Of a stretch of 64,000 nucleotides of DNA, positions 39,201 through 50,839 are shown piece by piece. Below the pieces are notes generated by a model. The model made no database searches and was not told the DNA's origin. It saw only the letters and a program-made list of their open reading frames with translations. Position numbers and translations under genes: made by a program. Each line of letters begins with the position of its first letter. The stretch's first letter is position 1. The stretch is from Piromyces finnis finn (lineage: Eukaryota; Fungi; Neocallimastigomycota): assembly GCA_002104945.1 (NCBI GenBank), contig MCFH01000002.1:186001-250000 (forward strand), in the 5' to 3' direction.

Positions 39201-41354
39201 AATCGTATTGGAAATATGTCTAATGAAATCAATAGAAAAATGGAATATGATTACAAGCAACAAAAATTTTCTTCTTATATGCTTTTCTCTTCCTATGAAG
39301 AAATGAAGCATATCACTAAAGAAGTTTTTAATAATCTTACTTCTGAAAAGAATAAGGAATTTAGTATTACAGATTTTGAATTTACTTCTTCATATCTTCA
39401 TTTAGTAGCAACCTTAAATGTTATTCGTTATCAAGTTGAAGATTTATTCCACAAAAATATAAATTTAATGCTTGAACATGAGAACTGGAGAAATGAACGT
39501 AATAAAATTCTTTCAAGTATTCAAGAACGTTCTCTTCAAGAAAATGATGCCATCCAAGAAAGAAGAAAACGTAACAATCGCATTCAAACTTATCTTTTTA
39601 AACAGTACCAACTACGTCAGCAATATTATGCTCAACAACTTAAAAATAAACAGGAATATTATGATAAGCAACAACTCTATCTTTTAAAGAAAAACAAACA
39701 ATTAGAGATGTTGAAGAAGTCAGAAAACAAACAAGAGGAAAATAGTGTCAAAAATGAAAATGATAAGGATGAATCAGAATCTACTGAAATGGTGAATGAA
39801 TATGAAACTGAAGAAAATTCTTCATCTATGCCTAATTCTTCTCCTCAAACAGAATTATTAATAAAGCATCAAGAATCAAAGGAAATTGAAACGGCAGAAT
39901 CACAAGAAGAGCCAGTTCAAAGTGAATTTGACAGAATATTTGGAGATGATTCCTTTGAAGAGGATGAAGAAATTATTGAAGATATTCTTGAAAGTAAAAA
40001 TATGACTAAGGATGAAAACAAAACCACTGAAATTAAGGATAAGTCATTACTTAATTCTTCATTGACAACAAACAACACAACAACTTCCAATAATAAGGAT
40101 AATAGTATAAGCACCTCAGATGAATCAATATTACCCACTACAACTATTCTATCAGAAACAAAGTGTGAAAATCAAAATGATGAAAAAGATGATTCAACTT
40201 CAACAGCCAATACACCATTATTTGGTAATAATAATAAACGTATTCCTATAATTTATAGTAGAAATAATCATTTTGTTTCATCCAGCAACAATTCAGACCT
40301 ACCTCGTATACCTAAAAGAGTAAAGCAACTTTCGTTGAATCTTGAATCACGTATCGTAAAGGAAACATATTTCCAACAAGAAGAAAAGAATTTGAGTTTG
40401 AGTAAAATGTCTTCTTCTTTAGATCGTAGATCCTTCTTTGATCGTGATTATTCTATTTTCAGACAACGTCTCATGGAACATTCTAAAAACAAAGATTCTA
40501 ATATGACTTTTGAAAATTCATATGAATCCAATATTAATCAAAGTAATATTAAAAGTAATGCTCAAGATATTCCAGTGACTGGTGGAATTAGTTTTAACAT
40601 GAATGTAAATGATCCTAATAATAGTATACAATATTCTTCAAGCCTTAATACACCTCATAATGAACAAGAAACTAATGTTCGTAAGTTAAGACGTCTTTCA
40701 TGGCATGGAGGTGTAACCGACCAAAGTCCATTCACACCCAAATCTACTTTTGAATTTAATCAAAATATTAAACGTATTAATGAAATGAATAATTATCTTT
40801 CTGAACGTTTTACATCTGTTCTTTTAAAAAGAGATTCTATAGAAAGTATGGTGAAACGTCTTGAAGATGATAAGGAAATAAACAAAGAAGATACAGCTAA
40901 CAATAACGATCCTATACCAAAAGTAGCAGAACCCACATCCATTCCTATAACTTCAACTACAGTATCCACTACCGTACCAACAAAAATTAAAAATAATGAT
41001 ATTGAAGAAAATATTCCCAAAGAAACTAAAAATCAACGTGACACATCAAGTTCTATAAATGCTATGGACATTGATGAAGAACAAACGCCAAAAGAAAGGT
41101 CACCTCTAAAATTTAAATATTCCTTTACCAATTATTCTTTAGAATCTTTAAATAATAGTATTTTTTCACCATCTACCCCGTCAACTCCATCTTTTGATAA
41201 TTTTGGTTATACCTATCAAAAGAATAATGGAGGCAATCACATAACTAATTCTCCTTCAACAACGTATACCATCAATTCTCGAAATTACAAAAAGAAACAA
41301 GAAAATACAAAAAAAATATTAAGATATCGTAAATCTAAAAAAAATAGAATGTAA
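36300..41354 (+). CDS. Uncharacterised 1684-aa protein, single open reading frame, with coiled-coil segments and Ser/Asn-rich disorder
   Basis: A 5055-bp stop-free ORF with GC content and codon usage like the neighbouring exons, in a background where random ORFs are very short. I recognise no domain. Confidence 0.85.
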   Translation: MRLKIKINDGNTIVPSNNSSDVKITPQDLLFNVNIKIPDYMQKDFLASIFYNSNNLDKKNYAFQKLIVENDSAFWRSSVVNECEFDLSEKKLKCQFIDSTEMEWEMPKFCEIKLNTIITKLKRGKRKINLEKKKLIEKEEEKKNSIKESQQNILEIQKSKKVFSNLALSFFPFANSNNNHNKLNKENDNNSNQKNTINDNDNIVKNNIKEMILRKMYEYLKSKLKSELIDIYTHFIQHDHLDYVLPQNYYIWLTNSYLHRYEQHILETESTMKVQIYGMEVLNGALKKMRQQFITRFIEINHDKELYESLEVRLQDINSLIIDKKTKTINHDTSRKLGILKFFKRSGQKHKEESKEIREVKRLKTEMKQIQFMMSSLKLATDPSKHIIESKAIIRDQSILPILDDSNASFDKITVQTDSTVIIENEAHFDNIKDEKLENIQSKRQRALKYKDIDELCYKLMMNDFNLDEEAILKYSAMKEQFNENSNIDLFTSYEETTLLGEQCSNVDTDILNTNSMNDKKKKYLDYRKMISNIPQPKFILLHFLYPPFLDNMKKGILNDINELKDELLDLLSRQFSDPSKVFGTTEETTFEIMKMIEQNGFIDYLFKQIRSSQITEIPPSNDTVMVDADETINPSKQPTLEVTKDNISLTPSLELPMQAPLISSINDQLMMSEKLLPAKPTLLSTVSSFIINAETTAEETLTQISNNHHNSTLTNNVVVHNSTKINTVETLKPYDNGFNKSNEVVSNQDPLSNNNSVNSNISELNENFNEKNSKKNIMEEDVNYSNSTTIKSNNDLTSKKDENTNSIVDSNEKNYDQIYNDLDSGIKMVIDDILNSLKQKYKIYNETYATIVTVQKKNKELLKEINQSTTLNSMDNKEKILNKLLTPISSSNVHKTSLSPTSTVSLGSKSDVSNLPSPTQIMEKENMEELDKNKKQESTLSRLITTSSTLLNSPQNSASDSFEILSNRIGNMSNEINRKMEYDYKQQKFSSYMLFSSYEEMKHITKEVFNNLTSEKNKEFSITDFEFTSSYLHLVATLNVIRYQVEDLFHKNINLMLEHENWRNERNKILSSIQERSLQENDAIQERRKRNNRIQTYLFKQYQLRQQYYAQQLKNKQEYYDKQQLYLLKKNKQLEMLKKSENKQEENSVKNENDKDESESTEMVNEYETEENSSSMPNSSPQTELLIKHQESKEIETAESQEEPVQSEFDRIFGDDSFEEDEEIIEDILESKNMTKDENKTTEIKDKSLLNSSLTTNNTTTSNNKDNSISTSDESILPTTTILSETKCENQNDEKDDSTSTANTPLFGNNNKRIPIIYSRNNHFVSSSNNSDLPRIPKRVKQLSLNLESRIVKETYFQQEEKNLSLSKMSSSLDRRSFFDRDYSIFRQRLMEHSKNKDSNMTFENSYESNINQSNIKSNAQDIPVTGGISFNMNVNDPNNSIQYSSSLNTPHNEQETNVRKLRRLSWHGGVTDQSPFTPKSTFEFNQNIKRINEMNNYLSERFTSVLLKRDSIESMVKRLEDDKEINKEDTANNNDPIPKVAEPTSIPITSTTVSTTVPTKIKNNDIEENIPKETKNQRDTSSSINAMDIDEEQTPKERSPLKFKYSFTNYSLESLNNSIFSPSTPSTPSFDNFGYTYQKNNGGNHITNSPSTTYTINSRNYKKKQENTKKILRYRKSKKNRM

Positions 41355-42981
41355 AACCCCTTTCTTTTTTTTTTTACTTTTTCATTTTTCTTCAATTAAC
41401 AAAACCGCAATCTATTTTCTTTTTATATATAATTATACATCTATTTATTCTTGATCATTCATTTCCATCCTTCATTACTGCTATTATAAAAAAAAAAAAA
41501 AAAAAAAACGAATCCATTCATATTTCATTTTAAAATAATAAATAAAATAAAGCACTTTTTATTATAATCATTTATAATTTTTTATTATTATTATTTTTTA
41601 TAAAAAATAAAAAGTATATCTCACATATTAACCTTGTTAGTAAATTTTATATAAACTATTTTTTTATTTATTTATTATATATCTTTACCTTTTTATGTAT
41701 TAAATAAATAAAAAAAAAAATAGTTTATAAAATTTAGAAAGATACATAAAATAAAAGATTTTAATAATTAAAAAAGAAATAGGTAAATAATAAGGTTAGG
41801 TATTTTAAAAATTTTTTAAATAATTTATATATCCAATTAATGAAAAAAAAAATATAAATATTCTTTTACAGAATGGTATGTATAACATTTTTTATGGTAG
41901 TTAATACATTTATTCTTTACACCATTATTTTTTTTTTTTTTTTTTTTTTTGTTATCGTGATATATATAGCAATTAAAAGTATCAATATTGGTAATTTAAA
42001 AATAATAACATTTATTTATTACTAATCATAATTTTTGATTTTTTTTTCTTTTAATAATGAAATATAATTAAAAAATATTATTATAATTGAGAATATAAAA
42101 TTAAAGTGTTGCTTAATTTTATTTATATATTATTCTACTTTTTTTAATTTAATTATTTAATTTTATAACTTTATTATTCTTTCTATGTTTTAAACTAATA
42201 TAAACTTTTAAAAATATTATATATATATATATTCCTTCAAATTAAAATATAAACCTAAAGCTTTTTTTTTTTTTATTATTATTATAAATATTTTTTTGAA
42301 TTATTATTATATTAGTATTATAAATAGAATTCACTTTTTTTTTTTTTCCCTTTTCTATAATTATATAAACTAATAATAAAAAAGTAATTTTATACTTTAG
42401 AAAAAATATAAAGAAAGAAAATAAAAACCTTAAATTATCCCCCCTCAAATGGTTACACAAATCTGTTAAAAACAAAAATGAGCAAATTAAATTGAGGCAT
42501 ATTCCGAAATTTTAATAAAATTATATTAAAAAAAAAATTAAAAAAAAAATAACTTCATTTACTTTTTTTAATTTAGGTTGAAAAGTAAAAAAGAACAAAT
42601 AGTATTATTTTTCATTCCGAAAAGGAATTAATGAAATTAATAAAATAAAAATATATTATATTATAAATATAGTCATTATAGAATTAATATAGGAATGCAT
42701 TTTTTCCCCTGCAATTTTCACCTCTCTTTATATGATTCTTACTAAACAAACAATAGTAATGTAATTATTTAATATTATAATAAAATTATTTTGAGAAATT
42801 AAAGTTTAATTTTTTTTTATTTTTTAGTATATAAAAAATACATAGAAAATATAAATTATTATTTAAATATAGTTGTTTATTACTTGTAAAGAAAATTAAA
42901 AAATTATTATCTATTTCTTTTAATATAAATTAAATATGTGTTGTAAGGATATATATGAAAATGGATGTATTTTTTAATTAA

Positions 42982-43017
<36 letters not shown>

Positions 43018-43086
43018 TATTCTATGGTTTATTTGATAGTGGTTAATTTTTAAAGACTTTTTTTTTTGAAGTTTAACTTATTGAAT

Positions 43087-44915
43087 TTATGGTATACCTG
43101 GTGTATTGAATAAGCTACCAATAATGAATGAACCTGCCATAGCAATAACACCTCCAATTAATACTCTCATTGATGCCTATATTAATTTTAATTATATAGT
43201 ATTATTAGTATTGGCATTTTATTAAGTTATAGAATATTAAATAAAAAAAATTTGATTCTTTTTTTTAATATTACTTTAAAAATTGGTGCTCCTCCTAAAA
43301 CGGCACCAATTGTACCAAAGAGGAATAATAACATTGATGAAACAATGACTAATATAGTGACTTTAATTTTGAAATCATCAATAAAGGAACAAGCTATAAA
43401 TTCATATTAAATATGATTAGTATGATTAGTTTAGTATTTAATCTATTATATAATTATATATATTTTTTTAAACTTACATAAGAATGGTATAATACCGCCA
43501 GAAAAGAAAGTAAATGCTGAAACTACAGCAGCTTGTAATGGGTTCGCTAAAGAATTAACATTAATTCCAAGTTCATCTCTTGCATGAATCTTAACAACTT
43601 CATCAATATTATCTGTGGTTAATTGTTGAGCTACTTCTGTAGCTAATTCTGGTGTTAAACCCTTTTCAATATATATATTACGTAATTCTTCAAGTTCTCT
43701 TTGTCTATGCTGTTATTATTATGATTATAAAAAATATATATATATTTTACAAATAATATGATTATTAAAAGTTATTTGGGTTTAATAAAGAATTTTTATC
43801 TTAATATAAAAATAATAATGAAAATAATAATAAAAAATAATTAAAACATTTTTATAACACTTACTAATGGTCCTTTAAGATGTTCTTCACGTTCCTTATC
43901 TAAATCAGCTTTTTCGGCATCTTTTTGTGAAGATACAGATACAAATTCACCTATTTTATTTATTATCATTAAAAATAATTAAATATTTGATAAAAATTAT
44001 AAAAATTATATTAATAATAATAATAATAATAATAATAAAAATTATCTTTTAATTATTATACTATGTTAAAAATTTGAACAATATTTATTGAACTTTTTTT
44101 TTTTAAAATTATGTTAGATAAAAAATATGTCTTTAGATGAACAATAATGCTATATAATGATATTGTTGATCAATATTATTTAGATTTATTTACTATTTAG
44201 AATATATATATCATATATATATTGATAATGGTATTTTTTAATTTTTATAATATTATAGAATCTCACGATTTTTAAAAAAAATAAAATTCTCTTTAAAAAC
44301 ATATTTTTTAAAAAAAACTTACCACATGCCATTGCCAAAGAACCTGCAACTAAAGCTGCAACACCAGCAATGAACATAGCTTTACTTTCATTACTACCAC
44401 CACCAACACCAAGCATAGTAGAAGAAGTTGATACTAGACCATCGTTTAAACCAAGAATAGCAGCTCTTAACCAAGGAGCTCTTTGACTTTATTTATATAA
44501 AATATTATAATTTTTGCAATAAATATAATACATTATATATAAATATTAATATTTTATATAGAAAATGAATATTTTTATTATATATATTTATTGTATAAAA
44601 ATATTTTAATATTATATATTATATTTATTGTTTCATTGCCAAGATTTCAAATGGGTAAAAAAAAAAATAAATAAAAGAATAAATAATTTTTCAAGAGAGA
44701 TATAATTGATTATTTATAATCTACCTGTAATGAACATGACCAAATGATGGCATGAAATTATCTAATAATGATTGCTGTTGTTCAAGACTAGCATTAGATT
44801 CAAAAGTATCGTAATTTAAATTACTTTTATCAAGTAATTTAGTACTAGTAGAAGCTGAACCTATATTTTCATCTATATTGCTAATGGCTTGATTTTTTCC
44901 AGTATTTCTACTCAT
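43087..44915 (-). CDS. VIT1/CCC1-family Fe/Mn transporter, nodulin-21-like subtype
   Basis: Spliced product contains HYSQRAPWLRAAILGLNDGLVSTSS, AGVAALVAGSLAMACGEFVSVSSQKDAE, HARDELG, LANPLQAAVVSAFTFFSGGIIP and SMRVLIGGVIAM. Stop at 43087-43089. Confidence 0.92.
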
Positions 44916-46070
44916 TTTTATTTTATTTTATTTTATTTATTTTTATATATATATAATACTTATTAACTAATATTTCTTTATATACTTTTAAAATTCTTGA
45001 ATTTCTATTAAAAAATTAAAAAATTTTTGGTTAAGTTTTTCTTCTAGTATTTTTTTTTTTTTTGAAAATTCAATTTTTTAAATTATTTTTACATTTAATA
45101 AGGTTAATAATTTATTTTTATTAATCAATCAAAATTTCTTACTATTTTATTAAAATCTATTATATTTTATTATTATAATTGTTAACTTTTATAAATTTTC
45201 ATTCAAAACTTCAAAATAAATCTTTTAAAAATATGTATATTTTTTGAAGAAAAAAGAAAAAAATTTTTTTTTTAATGTTTGCTTATGTTAATTTATAAAT
45301 ATTTGTCAATTTATTAAATCAAAACTTTAATAATTATAAAAAATCAAACATGGTTTTTTTGTAACTAATTAATTTATTATAATTTACATTTTTTATAATA
45401 ATTTTAATAAAAGAAAAAAATTAAAAAAAGTAGTTAGCATTATAGGATAAAGGATAATGATAAATTCAAGTAAATTTCAAAAGAAAAAAAGTTCTTATAA
45501 TAACAAAAGTTAATATTTATAATGTATTATCATGTGCTTATTCGTTAGCACAACTTGATTCTATAGAAATAAACAACCTTCAGTACAAATAACTGAAACA
45601 AATATGGTAATAATATTTATAAATGTTATTACTATTATTATTCAAAATATAAAAAAAAGTAGAAAAAAAAATAAGAATAATATATTTTAATAACCATCTT
45701 ATTTTCATTTTTTTTTTAATACATTAGATAATCAGATTATGTTTTTTCCCCATCTTTTACAAAATTTATATAGAATCATTAAATATTTAAATGATAAATT
45801 ATTATAGAATGTACATTTAAATATAAATTATTAAAATGAGAGATATTTTCTTTATATTATTTGCTTTTATTATTAATTTTTCTTATTTAATAGAAAATTA
45901 AACAATATTAAATTATTTGCTTTTTTTTTTCTTTTTTTTTTCTTACAATTTCATATAAATATTAAATTATTTAAAATTTTTTATAATTTAATAAATATTG
46001 ATTTTACTATCCTTTAATGTATTTTTTTTATAAAAACACAATTAAAGAAATGCTATATTTTAGATTTTAT

Positions 46071-46870
46071 TTAAGCGAAGGTAGAACCACCGTAACCAGT
46101 GTCTTCAGCAGGAAGATCAATGAAGTGAATGTAACCTCTTCTTGAATTTAAACCAATAGTTTCACCAAGGTATTTGAAAATGGCCTATTTAAAAAAATAA
46201 ATTATTATCATTATCATTATTAATAATTAAATTTTCATTATTTTTATGTATGTATCTTTTTTTTTTTTTAAATAAAAAAGATTCTTATAATGATAATAAT
46301 AATAAAAAAAAAACTTACAGCAGAAGTACTCTTGTTAGATCTGGCATCAATACAACCTAAGGAACCTAAGGTAATTAAGGCAGCAGTATCAGTTGAACCA
46401 CCGAAACTCATGGCAACTGTATAAAAATATTTAATAATTTTATATCTTATTTTTTATTTTTTTTTATATTAACATTTTTACAAATTAATATTAAAAACTT
46501 ACCATTATCAATGATACAAACATCAACGTATGATTCTGGCTTTCCAAGACATTTAGCAACAAGGGAAGAAACTTCCTTTAAGGCACGGTTCTTGTCGTTG
46601 AAAGTAGCGTTGGTCTAAAATATTTTTAGTATTATATATTATTAATTTATTATATTTATTATATTATCAAAATAAAGATATTTTATTAAATCTATTTTTT
46701 TTTTGTACTTTATAAACAAACAAAAAAAAACACTTACTCTAATTTCAATGAAAGGCTATCAAATATGTAAATAAATATTTAAAAATATATAAAAAAAGTA
46801 ATTAATTATCATTATTTTTCAATCGTTTTATATTGCTTCATTCTTTGATTATCATATAGATAGTTACCAT
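46071..46870 (-). CDS. MIF: Macrophage migration inhibitory factor (MIF)/tautomerase-family protein, about 115 aa, five coding exons, absent from the ORF track
   Basis: ATG|gtaac, then exons give M-PFIEIRTNATFNDKNRALKEVSSLVAKCLGKPESYVDVCIIDNVAMSFGGSTDTAALITLGSLGCIDARSNKSTSAAIFKYLGETIGLNSRRGYIHFIDLPAEDTGYGGSTFA*. It has the N-terminal catalytic Pro, GKPESYV, MSFGGS and the YIxFxDL...GxGGSTF terminus. Confidence 0.93.
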
Positions 46871-48082
46871 GTTTATTTAAATTATCAATTGATGATAAAT
46901 AAAAAATTATTTAAAAAGAAAAAAAAAAATATATAAATATTTAATTTATATGCAAAAAATATATAATAATTTAATTAGTTAATTAATCCATAGAATGATT
47001 AATAATATTAATAATGTTAATTTTTCTTTACATTTCTTTGAATTATCTTATCGTACATTAGAAATTATTCGAATGATTTAATTGGTTAATTATTATACAT
47101 AATAATGAAATTAAAAAAGATAAGTCTTTTCTTTTATTTTAAAGGCATTGAGAAAAAAAAAAAAGGTATATTAGAATGATAATATAAATAACTATTCAAT
47201 AGATACGTTTACTTAAGTTTTATCTTTTACTTTATTATAATTATGTTATTATTATAGGAAATGTTAAAGTGATGTTTTTTTAATTTAATTAATGAATGAT
47301 TAATATAAAAAGAATATTAATTAAAATTAAATAATAAATTAATTTGAAAATATTTTCCTTTATTTTAATTAAACTTTTCTGATAAATTAAATACTATTTT
47401 TAATTATTAAAAGTCATATGTATTATTAATGCATTATTATAAATAATTAGAACAAACCTTTAAAAATAAAAAAAAATAAAAAATAAAAAATATATATATA
47501 TAAATTTCAGAAAAATATATAATAAAGAAGTATAAAATTATTATTATACATTTTGAAAATATCAAGAACACATTTAAATAATATATTTTTAAAAATATAT
47601 ATAGTTAAAATTTAAATTCTTATATTTAAATTTACTTGTTCTATTATTACCATTGTTTTTTCATTATTTAAAATAATAATAAAAAAAAAAGATAGAAATT
47701 AATGTCAATGGGACATAATTATTATAGAAAAACAAAGTAATAAATTTATGTATAATAAGAAATAAAATAAATAATAATTATTTATTCAATTAAAAAAAAA
47801 AAAGAAAAAGCATTAAAAATAATTGACCCGAGGTTAACCAATTTTTGGTTGTTCATATACATTTTCAAATTTGAGATTTTTTAATCTTTTTTAATAAGAA
47901 AAAAAAAAAAAATAAAATAAAAAAAAAAAAAATAAAATAAAAAAAAAAAATAAAATAAAAAATATCTTTGTGTTTATAAACATTCTCTAAAGTTAAAATT
48001 TCACTTTTTTATTTTTTTTTTTTCCCTTTTTTAAAAATAAAAGTATTTTAAATAATAATATATAATATTTGTAAAAGTTATT

Positions 48083-49206
48083 ATGGGAAGGAAAGGAGGG
48101 AAAAAATACAGAAGAGAAATTCGTAAAGAACAAAGTGAACGAGATAAAGATGCATTATTTTGGAAATTGGGAAAACAAGTATATATATATATTATTATTA
48201 TTTGCAACATAATTTAAATGTATTTTAATTTTATATTATTATGTAAAATTTTAATAAAATTCATTATATATATATTTTTTTCATTATTATTATTATTATT
48301 ATTATTATTTTGCTTTCCATATATTTATATTTAAAAGTTGAGTGATCCTCTTGGTGAATATAGACAATTTATTGCCAATATAAGAAACAAAGAATTCAAT
48401 GAAGTTGATGATTATGTTGATATACCCATAAATTTAGTGGATTTAACAGCAAATTTAATAACCTCTTTAATTACAGGAGAAAATTGTCTATATGAATCCA
48501 TTAATGAATCTGATAAACGTTTAGACCATTCTAATGAAAAAGATAAATATTCCGATGAAGACGAAGAAATAATTGATACAGAAGCAGAAAATAAAAAGAA
48601 AAATTTATATTCAGGAGATAAAAATAATAATGATGATAAAGAAATAAAATTTACAAAAATTAAACCTAATTCAAATTCAAGTACATTTAAAAAAAGCAAA
48701 AGTTATTCTTTCAATTTTGAAGAATATTGTCAACATGAAAATGAAGAATCTTTTTATTTTATTAGAAAAATTATCAAAAAAACACAATTAAGTCTAACAA
48801 CATTTATAGTAAGTTTGTTCTTCATTTATAGCTACAAACATATGGAAAAAGATAAGAGAAGATATAGGGAACATAAAGTTTCAAAATATATAACTAATTG
48901 GTCAGAAACAACATTTAAAAAGTCAAAAAAAAAACACAGAAAAAGAAAAAATAAACACAAATATAATACAAGAATTAAAAATGATAGTATTATAAATGAG
49001 AAAGAATTACTTTCATCTCAAGAAATAAAAAGTGATGATAATGAAAATAAAATAACATCACCGATATTAAAAACAGAGTTCCTTTCATCTTTTCAGCCAA
49101 GAAATTCAATAATTTCTAAAGAAGAATATTCAAATAACGATTTAAATACAATTTTAACGCAATATCCTTCCCCAACACATCTTAATTACAATAGTAAATG
49201 AAATAA

Positions 49207-49262
<56 letters not shown>

Positions 49263-50243
49263 TTTTAAAAATTAAGAATATTTAATATTAATATTGCTTA
49301 TGTTTTTACATTAAATAAAGCAGATAAAGAGAATATAGAGAAAAAGAGGGACAGTATTAGTATAAAAAATCAAAATCCTTCTAATCAAGATCAAGAAATA
49401 CAAAACAAATCTAATGATGATAGTGAAAAAAATGAATATGAAAAGAGCAGTGATAGTAATGATAATGAAGATGAATATGAAGATAATAGTGGTAGTGATA
49501 GTGATAGCAATAGTGATGATGATAATGAATATGAAAAAAGTAATTTATATCGACAGCGTATGCATAAAAGGCATAATTCAAGATTTAATTCATTTATAAA
49601 AAATGAAAATTTTTCCAAAAATTTCAGTTATTTGTCAAGTTGTTTTATTTTATCCGATCGTTATGGATCCTATGTTATTCCAACATTCTTGGCATCTATT
49701 ATAGTTGCAGATAAATTATTATATGATGCTACTTATACCAATTCGAATTGGTCTGATTTTACTGAAGGACGTTATACTTTGGAAGATATTAATGAATTAG
49801 AAAGGCGCTTTCTCTCAATTGTAAATATGTTTTATGATTATAAAGACCTTTAAATATTTTTATTAAAAAGCATTAAGATAAAATAATGATGTTTGTTATT
49901 GAACTTGAATATTTCATATACTAATTTTATTTAATTAATATCATTATAGATGAATTTTCAATTATTTATTTCCCAAAAAAAATTTGATGAATTTTTGTCA
50001 TACTTAGATTTCATTTTATGCTTACAGAAAATTAGAGCTTGGGGATCTATACCGTTTGCATTATCTTATTCAGATATTTATACCTTAACTAAAAAAATAG
50101 ACTCAAAATATTTTGATGCTTATCCTAACAACAAAAATAATACATATGAAATACTAAAAAATGTTTTCAAATTAATACTATGTATTTTATGTATTTACAT
50201 AATACTTTTGTTTTTGTATATATTTCAAAAACATCATAATTAA
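48083..50243 (+). CDS. Pho80/Pcl-type cyclin, CNPPD1-like, with a hydrophobic C-terminal segment
   Basis: Cyclin-box pieces FIRKIIKKTQLSLTTFIVSLFFI and TFLASIIVADKLLYDATYTNSNWSDFTEGRYTLEDINELERRFLSIMNFQLFIS, followed by EFLSYLD...AWG...LSYSDI and VFKLILCILCIYIILLFLYIF. The 3' end may include a further exon. Confidence 0.75.
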
Positions 50244-50839
50244 AAGTCAAATATATATATATATAAATATAAAAAGTTAATATAACATTACAATATTAAT
50301 TTTTAATTTTTGATAAATTTGTTATTTTGTTATATAATGTATATATGAACCTTATTCTATCTAAAAAAAAATAACAATAAAAATAAAATATACAAATAAT
50401 ACAAACAACAATTATAGGAATATTTAATTATTCATGTATAAATTATTATAATTTTATAATTATATTATTATTATTATTATTATTATTATAATTTTATTTT
50501 TATTAGTATCCTTATTATTATATTATTAATAAAAAGTGTTATATATAAAGAGTAGTTATTAATTGTTATTTTAAATAAGAATGATTAAAGAAAATATAAA
50601 AATAAAATAAAATAAAATATTAAATCATTAAAAATAATATATATTTAAAATAAAAGAAATTAACAAAAATTTTTTTTTAAAAAAAATATTAACATTTAGT
50701 ATGTCTAATAATACTTCTTTTAATAATTTTTTTTTTTTTTTTTTTTTTTTTTTTCTGTTATATTTTTTTTGATGTTATGACTTTTGGGTGTTATATTTTT
50801 TGTATCTTATTTTATCTTGTTTCTATTTATTATTAGAAA

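Noticed and set aside
49162-49309. Second possible AT-AC intron in the cyclin gene (ATATCCTTCC donor, in-frame AC at 49308-49309)
   Set aside because: The branch site (TGCTTAT) is poor, the bases after the donor look coding (YPSPTHLNYN), and a normal GT(49194)-AG(49320) intron explains the junction. It is worth a quick look in junction reads, but I do not support it.
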